From Felis catus (lineage: Eukaryota), in the NCBI RefSeq assembly GCF_018350175.1, contig NC_058368.1, positions 43,774,001 to 43,838,000 on the forward strand: a stretch of 64,000 nt of DNA, in the 5' to 3' direction. The notes below the pieces were generated by a model. That model was not told the origin of the DNA. It worked only from the letters and a program-made list of their open reading frames with translations, and searched no databases. Within the stretch, counting starts at the first letter, position 1. Every line of letters starts with the position of its first letter. Below are positions 14,254 to 26,950 of the stretch, one piece after another. The position numbers were made by a program, and so were the translations under genes.

Positions 14254-14420
14254 GGAGCGCCTGGCTGGCTCAGGTCATGATCTCACAGTCCCTACGTTTG
14301 AGCCTCACATCAGGCTCACTGCTTGTCAGCCTATCAGTGCAGACTCCACTTCCGATCTTCTGTCCCCCTCTCTCTCTGTCCCTTCCCTGCTTGCACTCTC
14401 CCCAAATAAATATTTTTTTA
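14254..14420 (+). mobile_element. Can-SINE with internal deletion in the head
   Basis: GGAGCGCCTGGCTGGCTCAG joins directly to GTCATGATCTCACAG; (CT)n and AAATAAA tail. Confidence 0.85.
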
Positions 14421-14690
14421 AGAATGGACAAGGAAATAAAATTTATTGAACCACTACTATATGAAATGTACTGTCCTAAGAGTTGTAGTGATTTTATCAT
14501 AGTCCTTTTGTTTTCATGTTAGTAGACTACTAATATTCCTTGATCAGCATGTGCAAACCAGAATATTTTACACGAATATTTATAAACAATGTTTGATGAG
14601 GATCTTTAAATACACATTAGTCACAGTGAATCACTTACATACAAAGCTATTGGCAGTCAATGTACTGGCTTATTTTAAGAGTATGTTGTA

Positions 14691-14912
14691 GGGGTGCCTG
14701 GGTGGCGCAGTCAGTTAAGTGTCTGACTTCAGCCAGGTCATGATCTCGCAGTCCGTGAGTTCGAGCCCCGCGTCAGGCTCTGGGCTGATGGCTCAGAGCC
14801 TGGAGCCTGTTTCTGATTCTGTGTCTCCCTCTCTCTCTGCCCCTCCCCCGTTTATGCTCTGTCTCTCTCTGTCCCAAAAATAAATAAAAACGTTGAAAAA
14901 AAATTTAAAAAA
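14691..14912 (+). mobile_element. Felid SINE (SINEC_Fc-type)
   Basis: Full head, body and tail; perfect TSD AAGAGTATGTTGTA at 14677-14690 and 14913-14926. Confidence 0.97.
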
Positions 14913-15124
14913 AAGAGTATGTTGTAATTTCCTCAAATTTATTGACATACTGGGATTTTTTTAATGAAAAAGTACAAGTGATACCAGTAACTAATATATA
15001 ATAATATAGAAACATGTAAGTCACTAAGTAGACTGTTTTAATTACATATATTTATATATTAGTGAAACATAGTACACATATTAAAAATAATTTGTATAGA
15101 AACATTTAAAAAATTTTAAAGGTA

Positions 15125-15338
15125 GGGGCTCTGGGGTGGCTCTGTCAGTTAAGCATCCAACTTGGGCTCAGGTCATGATCTCGTGGTCTGTGAGTTTGAG
15201 CCTGGTGTCAGGCTCTGTGCTGATAGATTGGAGCCTGGAGCCTGTTTCAGATTCTGTGTCTCCCTCTCTCTCTGCCCTTCCCCTCTCGCACTCTTACTCT
15301 TCCTCTCTCAAAAATAGCAAACATTAAAAAAAAATTAA
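15125..15338 (+). mobile_element. Can-SINE
   Basis: Diverged head, GCTCAGGTCATGATCTC, (CT)n, A tail. Confidence 0.92.
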
Positions 15339-15429
15339 ATATTTTTGTAGTATTTTCTTTGTCTCATTAAATTTATAGAACTTTCTGAAAAGAAATTGTA
15401 AGACTGTATAATATAACGTATGTAATTCT

Positions 15430-16010
15430 ACATTGGAAAATAATTTGGCAGTATTTACATATTGAAAATAAGTATAGTTTATGAATCGTCAGTTTTATTA
15501 TAAGGTATATAGTTCACAGAAATGTAATCATAAGTTCACCCACGTATATGGAGAAGAATGTTCACATCATGTTCTTAGTATTCATCCCAAACTTGAGAAA
15601 AACAAAAACTAGAAATGATGACAATCAATCATAAAATTGTTGCTACATTGTGGTACATTCATGCAATGGAATACCATGAATAACTACTACATGCAACAAT
15701 ACAAATATCACAAGTACTATATTGAGCAAATGAAGACAAGAAGAAAAGAAGGCATTCTACATGACTCTATGTGTGTAGAATCCAAAAATAGACAAAAATA
15801 CTCTATCATAACAAAAGTCATAATAATGGTTACATTTGGAGAAGGAATATAGCTGCGAAGAGCCCAAGGAGACTTTCAAGTTGTTCTTAATATTCTATTT
15901 TCTGATGAGAGTGGTGCCTATTCCAATGTGTTCATTTTGTGAATATTCATCAAACTGTATGCTTAGGATTTGTGTACTTTTCCCTATGTATCGTGTGCTT
16001 TACTAAAAAG
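15430..16010 (+). mobile_element. Ancient L1ME-like 3' end
   Basis: TTGGAAAATAATTTGGCAGTAT...CAATGGAATAC...TTCATCAAACTGTATGCTTAGGATTTGTGTACTTT, typical of an L1ME 3'UTR. Confidence 0.75.
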
Positions 16011-16019
16011 ATTTACAAT

Positions 16020-16222
16020 GGGCGCCTGAGTGGCTCAGGCGATTAAGCATCTGACTTCAGCTCAGGTCATTATCTTGTGGTTGTGAGTGTCGGGATCTAT
16101 GCTCAAAGCCTGGGGCCTGCTTCAGATTCTGTGTCTCCCTCTCTCTCTGCCCCTCCCCAGCTCAAGCTCTGTCTCTCTCTCAAAAGTAATTAAACGTTAA
16201 AAATTTTTTAAAAATCATAAAA
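16020..16222 (+). mobile_element. Can-SINE
   Basis: GGGCGCCTGAGTGGCTCAG head; (CT)n; flanks AAAAG-ATTTACAA / AAAAGTATTTACAA. Confidence 0.92.
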
Positions 16223-17006
16223 AAGTATTTACAAAACCTTGTGAGCATTAGGAAAAGTTGAATTTAATTGGATGCAAAGATACAAATTTGTAAATTTTGT
16301 CATTTATAAGAATTCAGTAAAAATAAATGAATCAATTTTCTATATTAAAGGTATGTAAAATAAAAACAAAGGAAGGGGTAAAATTCAGGGAAGATATGAC
16401 TTATTTAGAAATGTTAAAAAAATGTTACAGATATATAATTTTAAGAGCTTATTTTTTTAAGTGAACTACGAAAATTTAGTAAGTACAAGAAGGCATCACA
16501 GAGAATTATAAAGGGGATATTGAAACAGATAAAAGAGATGAAAAGTTATCATAATATATTATTGATATGAATACATTTAAAATTGACTATAATAATTTTA
16601 TAAATTGTCAAAAGTGGACCCAAGAAGATACAGAAAACCTTAACAAAAAATACTTATGTGATAAAGGAGAAAAAAAAACCTCACAGACCTGGGACCTGGC
16701 ACAGGGCCAAAAAGTTATTATTAATACGTAAGTAATTCTATGTAAAAATGCTATTAGAGAGAATAGGGGAAAAAAAAGGATTTTGCCAAACTATCTTTTA
16801 TAACTAGAATAAACTTGCTGCCAAAATCTAGAAAAAGAACCAAATGACTTATTTAATATATAATATGTGAATTTTCACACTTTTAGAATTACATATAGTG
16901 ACGGGTTATAGATGGTGAATTTCATGGTAAGCTGAATTGCTCTACATTCAGAAGCTTACTATCAAAATTTATCACGTTGTGAGACCATTTGAGAAAAACA
17001 CAGATT

Positions 17007-17185
17007 GGGGTGCATGAGTGGCTGAGTCAAGTGAGTGTCTGACTCTTGATTTCAGATCAGGTCATGAACCCAGGGTTGTGGGATAGAGCCCTGTGTGGGA
17101 CTTTGCACTAAGTGTGGAGTCTGCTTAAGATTCTCTCCCTCCCTCTGCCTCTCTCTCCTACTTGCACTCTGTCTCTCTAAAATAC
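17007..17185 (+). mobile_element. Older Can-SINE variant
   Basis: GGGGTGCATGAGTGGCTGAGTC...CTGACTCTTGATTTCAG...GAGTCTGCTTAAGATTCTCTCCCTC. Confidence 0.88.
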
Positions 17186-17679
17186 ATATTTTAGAAATAC
17201 AGGTTAAATCTAATAGGAATGTATTATATAATTCTAAAATTAACTTGTAATGAAAAATATTAATGAATGTAAAAAATATTATTTATTTAAGTGGATAAAT
17301 AAAAACTATCTGAAATCAAGCATCAGTGAAATTCATAGTAAAACACTAGATTTTCCCATTATAATTTCTTATAAAATACAGATAACCGATACTAACTGCA
17401 ATATTGAAAAAATTGGGGTTTTTAACCAGTGCAGTACGAAAGGCAAAAGATGTAAAGAAGACAATGTTTATAATCATTTCATTTTTAACAAGGAAGTAAA
17501 ATTGAAACCAGTTATATTTGGAAGAAATGTATTTAGAAAAATGCAATGTACATGTGAATGTACAAAATCTGTATTTTCTTATAAACAAGCAATAAAATGT
17601 TACAGAGCATGAAATACTAAAGACTCAATTTCATAATAGAAAAAATATAAATTATATGGTAAATCTTAAAAACAGAATT

Positions 17680-17716
17680 TTTTGTTTGTTTGTTTGTTTG
17701 TTTGTTTGTTTGTTTT
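17680..17716. repeat. (TTTG)n microsatellite
   Basis: Direct tandem TTTG array. Confidence 0.95.
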
Positions 17717-18185
17717 TAATAAAGAGAATAGCCTGGTCCTTGATTAGGAAACCTAACTAGATGTGGGTTTATAAAAAAGTTGTTCTCTTTCCCTTCATAA
17801 TACATATTATATGATCTTATATAAAAAAATGGCATTTTTAAATTACTCATTTTATGACTTTTATATAGTATAATGTATAAAAATTTCAACTGCAATGTTG
17901 AATAAAGGACTAATAAAAATTTATAAGCAGACATGTTTATGAAGTAAACATAATTCATTTTTTTAATTTTTTTTTGAAATTTATTGTCAACTTGGTTTCC
18001 ATACAACACCCAGTGCTCATCCCAAAAGGTGCCCTCCTCAATACCCATCACCCACCCTCCCCTCCCCCCTACCCCCCATCAACCCTCAGTTTGTTCTCAG
18101 TTTTTAAGAGTCTCTTGTGCTTTGGCTCTCTCCCACTCTAACTTTTTTTTTCCTTCCCCTCCCCCATAGGTTTCTGTTAAGTTTC

Positions 18186-21100
18186 TCAGGATCCACATAA
18201 GAGTGAAAATATATGGTATCTGTCTTTTCTGTATGACTTATTTATATTAGCATAACACTCTCCAATTCCATCTATGTTGCTACAAAGGGCCATATTTCAT
18301 TCTTTCTCATTGCCACATAGTACTCCATTGTGTATATAAACCACAATTTCTTTATCCATTCATCAGTTGATGGACATTTAGGCTCTTTCCATAATTTGGC
18401 TATTGTTGAGAGTGCTGCTATAAATTGGGGTACAAGTGCCCCTATGCATCAGTACTCCTGTATCCCTTGGGTAAATTCCTAGCAGTGCTACTGCTGGGTC
18501 ATAGGGTAGGTCTATTTTTAATAGGTTTTTTGAGGAACCTCCACACTGTTTTCCAGGGTGGCTGTACCAGTTTGCATTCCCACCAACAGTGCAAGAGGGT
18601 TCCCGTTTCTCCACATCCTCTCCAGCATCTATAGTCTCCTGATTTGTTCATTTTGGCCACTCTGACTGGCGTGAGGTGATATCTGAGTGTGGTTTTGGTT
18701 TGTATTTCCCTGATGAAGAGCAATGTTGAGCATCTTTTCATGTGCCTGTTGGCCATCCGGATGTCTTCTTTAGAGAAGTGTCTATTCATGTTTTCTGTCC
18801 ATTTCTTCACTGGATTTTTGTTTTTCGGGTGTGGAGTTTGGTGAGCTCTTTATAGATTTTGGATACTAGCCCTTTGCCTGATATGTCATTTGCAAATATC
18901 TTTTCCCATTCCGTTGGTTGCCTTTTAGTTTTGTTGGTTGTTTCCTTTGCTGTGCAGAAGCTTTTTATCTTCATGCGGTCCCAATAGTTCCTTTTTGCTT
19001 TTAATTCCCTTAACTTTGGGGATGTGTCAAGTGAGAAATTGCTACGACTGAGGTCAGAGAGGTCTTTTCCTGCTTTCTCCTCTAGGGTTTTGATGGTTTC
19101 CTGTCTCACATTCAGGTCCTTTATCCATTTTGAGTTTATTTTTGTGAATGGTGTGAGAAAGTGGTCTAGTTTCAACCTTCTGCATGTTGCTGTCCAGTTC
19201 TCCCAGCACCATTTGTTAAAGAGACTGTCTTTTTTCCATTGGATGTTCTTTCCTGCTTTGTCAAAGATGAGTTGGCCATACTTTTGTGGGTCTAGTTCTG
19301 AGGTTTCTATTCTATTCCATTGGTCTATGTGTCTGTTTTTGTGCCAATACCATGCTGTCTTGATGATGACAGCTTTGTAGTAGAGGCTAAAGTCTGGGAT
19401 TGTGATGCCTCCTGCTCTGGTCTTCTTCTTCAAAATTACTTTGGCTATTTGGGGCCTTTTGTGGTTTCATATGAACTTTAGGATTGCTTGTTCTAGTTTC
19501 GAGAAGAATGCTGGTGCAATTTTGATTGGGATTGCATTGAATGTGTAGATAGCTTTGGATAGTATTGACATTTTGACAATATTTATTCTTCCAATGCATG
19601 AGCACGGAATGTTTTTCCATTTCTTTATATCTTCTTCAATTTCCTTCATAAGCTTTCTATAGTTTTCAACATACAGAACTTTTACATCTTTGGTTAGATT
19701 TATCCCTAGGTATTTTATGCTTCTTGGTGCAATTGTGAATGGGATCAGTTTCTTTACTTGTCTTTCTGTTGCTTCATTGTGAGTGTATAAGAATGCAACT
19801 GGTTTCTGTACATTGATTTTGTATCCTGCAACTTTGTTGAATTCATGTACTAGTTCTAGCATACTTTTGGTGGAGTCTATCAGATTTTCCATGTATATCA
19901 TGTCATCTACAAAAAGTGAAAGCTTGACTTCATCTTTGCCAATTTTGATGCCTTTGATTTCCCTTTGCTGTCTGATTGCTGATGCTAGAACTTCTGACAC
20001 TATGTTAAACAACAGCGGTGAGAGTGGACATCCTTCTCGTGTTCCTGATCAGGGAAAAAGCTCTCAGTTTTTCGCCATTGAGGATGATATTAGCGGTGGG
20101 CTTTTCATAAATGGCTTTTATGATATTTAAGTATGTTCCTTCTATCCCGACTTTCTCGAGGGTTTTTATAAAGAAAGGTTGCTGAATTTTGTCAAATGCC
20201 TTTTCTGCATCAATTGACAGGATCATATGGTTCTTGTCTTTTCTTTTATTAATGTGATGTATCACGTTGATTGATTTGTGAATGTTGAACCAGCCCTGCA
20301 TCCCAGCAATGAATCCCACTTGATCATGGTGTATAATTCTTTTTATAAGCTGTTGATTTCGATTTGCTAGTATCTTATTGAGAATATTTGCATCCATATT
20401 CATGAAGGATATTGGCCTGTAGTTCTCTTTTTTTACTGGGTCTCTGTCTGGTTTAGGAATCAAAGTAATACTGGCTTCATAGAATGAGTCTGGACGTTTT
20501 CCTTCCCTTTCTAATTTTTTGGAATAGCTTGAGAAGGATAGGTATTATCTCTGCTTTAAATGTCTGGTAGAATTCCCCAGGGAAGCCATCTGGTCCTGGA
20601 CTCTTATTTGTTGGGAGATTTTTGATAACTGATTCAATTTTTTGCTGGTTATGGGTCTGTTCAAGCTTTCTATTTCCTCCTGATTGAGTTTTGGAAGTGT
20701 GTGAGTGTTTAGGAATTTGTCCATTTCTTCCAGGTTGTCCCGTTTGTTGGCATATTATTTTTCATAGTATTCCCTGATAATGGTTGTATCTCTGAGGGTT
20801 TGGTTGTAATAATTCCATTTTCATTCATGATTTTATCTATTTGGGTCCTCTCCCTTTTCTTTTTGAGAAGCCTGGATAGAGTTTTATCAATTTGTTTATT
20901 TTTTCAAAAAAACAACTCTTGGTCTCATTGATCTGCTCTACAGTTTTTTTTTTAGATTCTATATTGTTTATTTCTGCTCTGATCTTTATTTCTCTTCCTC
21001 TGCTGGGTTTAGGCTGTCTTTGCTCTTCTGCTTCTATTTCCTTTCGGTGTGCTGTTAGATTTTGTATTTGTTGTTTCTTGAGATAGGCCTGTTTTTTTCT

Positions 21101-22022
21101 TGTTTCTTGAGATAGGCCTGGATTGCAATGTATCTTCCTCTCAGGACTGCCTTCGCTGCGTCCCAAAGCATTTGGATTGTTGTATTTTCATTTTCGTTTG
21201 TTTCCATATATTTTTTAATTTCTTCTCTAATTGGCTGGTTGACCCATTCATTCTTTAGTAGGGTGTTCTTTAACCTCTATGCTTTTGGAGGTTTTCCAGA
21301 CATTTTCCTGTGGTTGATTTCAAGCTTCATAGCATTATGGTCTGAAAGTATGCATGGTATCATCTCAATTCTTGTATACTTATGAAGGGCTGTTTTGTGA
21401 CCCAGTATATGATCTATCTTGGACAATGTTCCATGTGCACTCGAGAAGAAAGTATATCCTGTTGCTTTGGGATGCAGAGTTCTAAATATATCTGTCAAGT
21501 CCATCTAATCCAATGTATCATTCAGGGCCCTTGTTTCTTTATTGACCATGTGTCTAGATGATCTATCCATTTCTGTAAGTGGAGTGTTAAAGTCCCCTGC
21601 AATTACCACATTCTTATCAATAAGGTTGCTTGTGTTTGTGAGTAATTGTTTTATATATTTGGGTGCTCCTTATTCGGCGCATAGACATTTATAATTGTTA
21701 GTTCTTCTTGATGGATAGACCCTGTAATTATTATATAATGCCCTTGTTTATCTCTTGTGACAGCCTTTAATTTAAAGTGTAGTTTGTCTGATATAAGTAT
21801 GGCTACTCCAGCTTTCTTTTGACTTCCAGTAGCATGATAAATAGTTCTCCATCCCCTCAGTTTCAATCTGAAGGTGTCCTCAGGTCTAAAATGAGTCTCT
21901 TGTAGACAGCAAATAGATGGGTCTTGTTTTTTTATCCATTCTGATACCCTATGTCTTTTGGTTGGCACATTTAGTCCATTTACGTTCAGTGTTATTATAG
22001 AAAGATATGGATTTAGAGTCAT
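18186..22022 (-). pseudogene. L1 ORF2 (APE endonuclease + reverse transcriptase), multiple frameshifts/stops
   Basis: Begins MTLNPYLSIITLNVNGLN...ICCLQETH; RT motifs [28 protein letters not shown]; ends ...FSLLCGS-TGA at 18186; ~3.84 kb split over many ORFs. Confidence 0.95.
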
Positions 22023-22072
22023 TGTGATGTCTGTAGGTTTCATGCTTGTAGCGATGTCTCTGGTACTTTGTC

Positions 22073-22969
22073 TCACAGGATCCCCCTTAGGATCTCTTGT
22101 AGGGTTGGTTTAGTGGTGACGAATTCCTTCAGATTTTGTTTGTTTGGGAGGACCTTTATCTCTCCTTCTATTCTAAATGACAGACTTGCTGGATAAAGGA
22201 TTCTAGGCTGCATATTTTATCTGTTAATCACATTAAAGACTTCCTGCCATTCTGGCCTGCCAAGTTTCAGTAGACAGATTGGTCACAAGTCTTATAGGTC
22301 TCCCTTTATATTTTAGAGCACGTTTATCCCTAGTAGTTTATCTCTACTTTCAGAATTTTCTCTTTATCTTTGTATTTTGCCAGTTTCACTATGATATGTC
22401 ATGCAGAAGATCGATTCAAGTATGTCTGAAGGGCTTTCTCTGTGCCTCTTGGATTTCAATGCCTTTTTCCTTTCCCAAATCAGGGAAGTTCTCAGCTATT
22501 ATTTCTTCAGGTACACCTTCAGCACCTTCCCACCTCTGTTCCTCCTCTGGAATACCAATTATGCGTAGATTATTTCTCTTTAGTGCATGACTTAGTTCTC
22601 TAATTTTCCCCTAATACTCCTGGATTTTTTTATCTCTCTTCTTCTCAGCTTCCTCTCTTTGCATTATTTTTTCTTCTAGTTCACCTATTCTCTCTTCTGC
22701 CTCTTCCATCTGAGCCGTGGTTGTCTCCATTTTTTTTGCAGTTCTTTTATAGCATTTTTTAGTTCCTCCTGGCTGTTCCTTAGTCCCTTGATCTCTGTAC
22801 TAATGGATTCTCTGCTGTCCTCTATACTGTTTTCGAGCCCAGCGATTAATTTTATGACTATTATTCTAAATTCACTTTCTGTTATATTGTTTAAATCCTT
22901 TTTGATCAGTTCGTTAGCTGTCATTATTTTCTGGAGATTCTTTTGAGGGGAATTCTTCCGTTTTGTCAT
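22073..22969 (-). pseudogene. L1 ORF1 (coiled-coil/RRM RNA-binding protein), disrupted
   Basis: ATG at 22969 gives MTKRKNSPQKNLQ...EFRIIVIKLI; C-terminus TTKPTLQEILRGIL-TGA at 22073; the frame breaks near 22735. Confidence 0.92.
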
Positions 22970-23602
22970 TTTGGATAGTCCCTGGAGTGGTTCGGAACTG
23001 GGGGGCACTTCCCCTGTGCTGTCTTGAATAACCTGCGTTGGTGGGCAGGGCCGGAGTCAGACCTGATGTCTGCCCCCAGCCCACCGTTGGGGCCACAGTC
23101 AGACTGGTGTGTGCCTTCTCTTTCCCTCTCCTAGGGGCGGGATTCACTGTGGGGTGGCGTGGCCCATCTGGGCTACTTGCACACTGCCAGGCTTGTGGTG
23201 CTGGGGATCTGGTGTATTATCTGGGGTGGATTGGCAAGGTGCACAGGGGCCCAGGGGCAGGCTCAGCTAGCTTATCATTTGGTGATCAGCTTCGGGAGGG
23301 GCCCTTCTGCACCAGGAGGGAGATAAACCCACTGCCGGAAGCAAACATAATTCAAACAAAACAACCATGAGAAGAAATTAAACAAAATATATTTAAATAT
23401 TTGATAAATGATAATTAAATATAAAAATTAATTTTTTAGAAAGTATTACTCTGAAATATGTCTTTTTTAATGAATTAAAAATTCACAAATTTTTTTGGCT
23501 TATTGCTGGAATGAGACACATTTTATCATAATCTTGTTTTTGTTTTTCTTTTCTGTAGATATGAATCATGAGGAACCTTTTGTGTAAAAAGATGGATAGA
23601 TA

Positions 23603-23816
23603 GGGGCGCCTGGGTGGTGCAGTCGGTTAAGCGTCCGACTTCAGCCAGGTCACGATCTTGTGGTCCGTGAGTTCGAGCCCCACGTCGGGCTCTGGGCTGA
23701 TGGCTCAGAGCCTGGAGCCTGTTTCTGATTCTGTGTCTCCCTCTCTCTCTGCCCCTCCCCCATTCATGCTCTGTCTCTCTCTGTCCCAAAAACAAATAAA
23801 CGTTGAAAAAAAAATT
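23603..23816 (+). mobile_element. Felid SINE (SINEC_Fc-type)
   Basis: Canonical sequence; perfect 17-bp TSD AAAAAGATGGATAGATA at 23586-23602 and 23817-23833. Confidence 0.97.
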
Positions 23817-24809
23817 AAAAAGATGGATAGATAAAGTAGGTAGATGAGTAGATAACTTAAAATTAAACTTTGTTTTTCAATTCTTCAGGCTCTATTAATC
23901 AAATTCAAATACATATTTTTAAATTAACTGATTATTTAATTTTCTTTTATTTATTACTCTAAATGTATTTATTTAGATGATTTTCAGATATTATTTTCAT
24001 TTTGGATTATCTGCTTTTACACACTTTATATTTTTACTTTTTTAAGCCATATTTATGTATGTTATTGCCAACCAAAAATAGTTCTGTTTAAGTGATTAAA
24101 AGTCTATCATTTCATAATTACAATCTCAGGACTTGACAGCTGGTCTCATCTTTTCACTTCAAATAAAATATGGCATGATTTTTGTAAGCATTCAATTGAA
24201 ATGTGTACAAAATGAGCTGCTGTCAACAGTATCAAAAGATACTACTCTTTATATATATAAATATATTCACAAAGTCACCATCACTTGATAAATGACATTT
24301 TTCACTGTAATTCTTTTAATAAATTATACAGGTGTCCAGTATTAATGAGAGTCATATTTTTACCTAACAGAGAAGAAAGTAACTTCTAGGAACATAGAAA
24401 ATCATTATAGTAAACTTAAAATATATTATTTTACCATTTATGTTTAATTTATTTACTTTAAAAATACCAAGTTTTGAAAATGTTAGATGGTGTTCACAAA
24501 CTTCAAAATCCTTGTCTTTCATTGCTATAATCTCTTGAGTTTTTCTTTCTTTATGTGTATAGATTTCAAATGGTTCTTAACTTCAAAAATTTTTCCTGCT
24601 ATTTATATTTTTTCAGTATTCTGAGCTTTTTCAATGCCTTTACCTTTTCCAATATAAACATAAATATTTGTAATTTAATTCCATGTTAAAAATATCAAAG
24701 TATAATTTTTATCTACATATAAGATTGTCCATTAATGTTTCTACAATACAAGTGATGTGAATATTCTACTAGTCATAAAAATAAATATATAGTGTTTATG
24801 ACAAAGGCT

Positions 24810-25250
24810 GATTTTCTTGTTCCCTCTTAGATAATCCTATGTTCTTGTGGACCAGTATGGTGGCAACAATAAACTAGCAATGACCATTCCCCATTTTATC
24901 TAAGAAGGGTCTTACTGTATACACCTGGCCAACCAAATTCTAGTATACTGTGTGGGGTTTCTGGTGAAGCACTTCATAAAGGGCTGATTTTGTTGCTGTG
25001 TGTACTTATGTTACTGACTTATTTTTAGTGCCTCCCGCTTGGAATTTTGACATGGTGGCTGGATCTCTAAGCATTTTTATAATTATAAGTGTCAGGATCA
25101 CCAAAAGATATAGTGGAAAATTAAAAACTCTCAAGAATGTGATAATATCTAGTGAGAGTACAGGTCTGGTGAAGTCCAGAACTTTTCATTGTGAAAAAGC
25201 AAGCATCTATCTTGGCTATAGCCACTATTTTGATGTTTTTTGTTATTATC
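24810..25250 (+). mobile_element. MaLR (MLT1-like) solo LTR, old
   Basis: CTCCCGCTTGGAATTTTGACATGGTGGCTGGATCT and terminal CTATCTTGGCTATAGCCACTATTTTG...TTTTGTTA resemble MLT1. Confidence 0.55.
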
Positions 25251-25348
25251 CATTTTATTTTCTTTTTGAACCAAGGTTAATATTGTATATAGATTTATAT
25301 GAAGGTTATTCTTTATCCTTAAGATATCTTTAATTTAAAAAATGATCT

Positions 25349-25550
25349 GGGGGTGCCTGGTTGGCTCAGTCGGTTTACAGTCCGATTTCAGCTCAGGTCA
25401 TGATCTCATGGTTCGTGGTTTGAGCCCTGCGTCAGGCTCTGTGCTGACCGCTGACAGCTCAGAGCCTGGAGCCTGCTTTGGATTCTGTGTCCCTCTCTCT
25501 GTCTCTACCTCTTCCCCACTCTCTCAAAAAATGAATAAACATTTAAAAAA
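25349..25550 (+). mobile_element. Can-SINE
   Basis: GGGGGTGCCTGGTTGGCTCAGTCGG head; CTGACAGCTCAGAGCCTGGAGCCTGC; A tail. Confidence 0.94.
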
Positions 25551-26796
25551 TATCTATAGTGGATCTTAAATCATATAGCAAACAAAAATGCATACATATG
25601 TGTTTATGTGCCTGTATGGTTTATGTGTTTAAATCACATTTTTAAATTGTAGAACAATTATGTAACAAAGTAGAATACCTTAAAAGACTAATGATTTCAT
25701 AGTAGAACCTGGAATCCCAGTGCAATCTCAGAACTCCAAAAACATTGAAATAGTAGTTCAGAAACAAGTGAACATCTAAGTAGCACAAACCCAAATGAAT
25801 ATATTCTTATTTAACATATATAAAGTCTTTAATATATTAAAATGGTGGCATAGACTTAGTAACATGAGTCTAAAGTGGTAATAAATGATTTTGAGATAAA
25901 CAGTGTTTGGGAATAGAGTGAAGTTGATTCTTAATCTGAAACCACATACAGAAAATGGTTTCAGATGAATTAAAATTTTGACCATAAGAGTAAAATTTTA
26001 GAAGAAATTATTGAGGATTTTTTAAAGTGCTACATAACTTTATTATTCCTTTTTAGCACAAAAACTGCAAATAATATCATGAAAGCGAAAAACTTGGTAT
26101 GGTAACATTACATTTAAAGATGTCATTCTTCTCCACTTGCATGGACATTTTTAACTTAATAATAGTCATCTTTATTTACTTGAATGATTTTGTTTACTGA
26201 CAACATTTTTGTTTAATTTCATGGGTGTACTCTTGTTGAAAACTAAAATTAGAACTTTTCTATTTTTTCAATATCTCTATTAGCATGCATTGACTTATTA
26301 TTAGACATTATTTTTATAGTTATGGGCATTATAAATTATTATAGATATTATGACCTTTTTTATAAATTACATTTTTATAATAGACATTATTTCAGTCATA
26401 ATCTTTTCTTATTTGTGATTTTATCTATTTTATTTATATTTTTAGAAGGATATCTGTACTTGTCCAGGGATGGAAAATGGATTCTCTCTGATATTTTGTA
26501 TGTCTTGAGATATTTTAGTTCCAAATTAGTGGATAATAATATACTTTTAGATTTATTATAGTTTAAATTTTCAGAGATATAATCCACCCACATACTAAGG
26601 AGAGATGCAGGGCTTCACACAGTCTCGTAGAAGGAATTTTCCTAGCAACATCCCCATAACAACTTCCACTATGTTGATAACTAATAAATAGTACTATTAA
26701 TGCTGCTACAGTAGCAATAAAAATATCACGAAGTAAGCACTTATTATACAAAGACATTCTTAGTACCCACTAAGCATAAACACTATAACTCTATTC

Positions 26797-26950
26797 TAGT
26801 GGTCTCAACACTGCTTGCATATTACAATTTCCCAGGGAGAATACCAGTGCCTGTACTACCTCTTGGACAATCAAACGAGAATTTCTGGGGAGTAACATTT
26901 TTGAAAAATAATGCCTAGTGGTTCTAATACTCATTCATGATTAGTATTTC
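26797..26950. mobile_element. MER5A-like hAT/Charlie MITE relic
   Basis: AGTGGTCTCAACACTGCTTGCATATTACAATTTCCCAGGGAG...GAATTTCTGGGGAG...GTGGTTCTAAT resembles MER5A. Confidence 0.6.

Larger units (their letters stand above)
17958..23337 (-). mobile_element. Near-full-length felid LINE-1 (part of 5'UTR, ORF1, ORF2, 3'UTR, polyA), inactivated
   Basis: Continuous L1 ORF1/ORF2 homology; GC-rich 5'UTR 22970-23337; T-tract at 17958; TSD GAAGTAAACATAATTCA (17941-17957) vs GAAGCAAACATAATTCA (23338-23354). Confidence 0.98.

Noticed and set aside
17250..17612. 120-aa plus-strand ORF
   Set aside because: AT-rich, K/N/I-biased, no recognisable domain or splice context; likely chance or very decayed L1.
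23038..23370. 110-aa antisense ORF in the L1 5'UTR, reminiscent of primate ORF0
   Set aside because: Starts at TTG, not ATG; lies in GC-rich sequence where stops are rare; runs out into flanking DNA; no recognisable homology.
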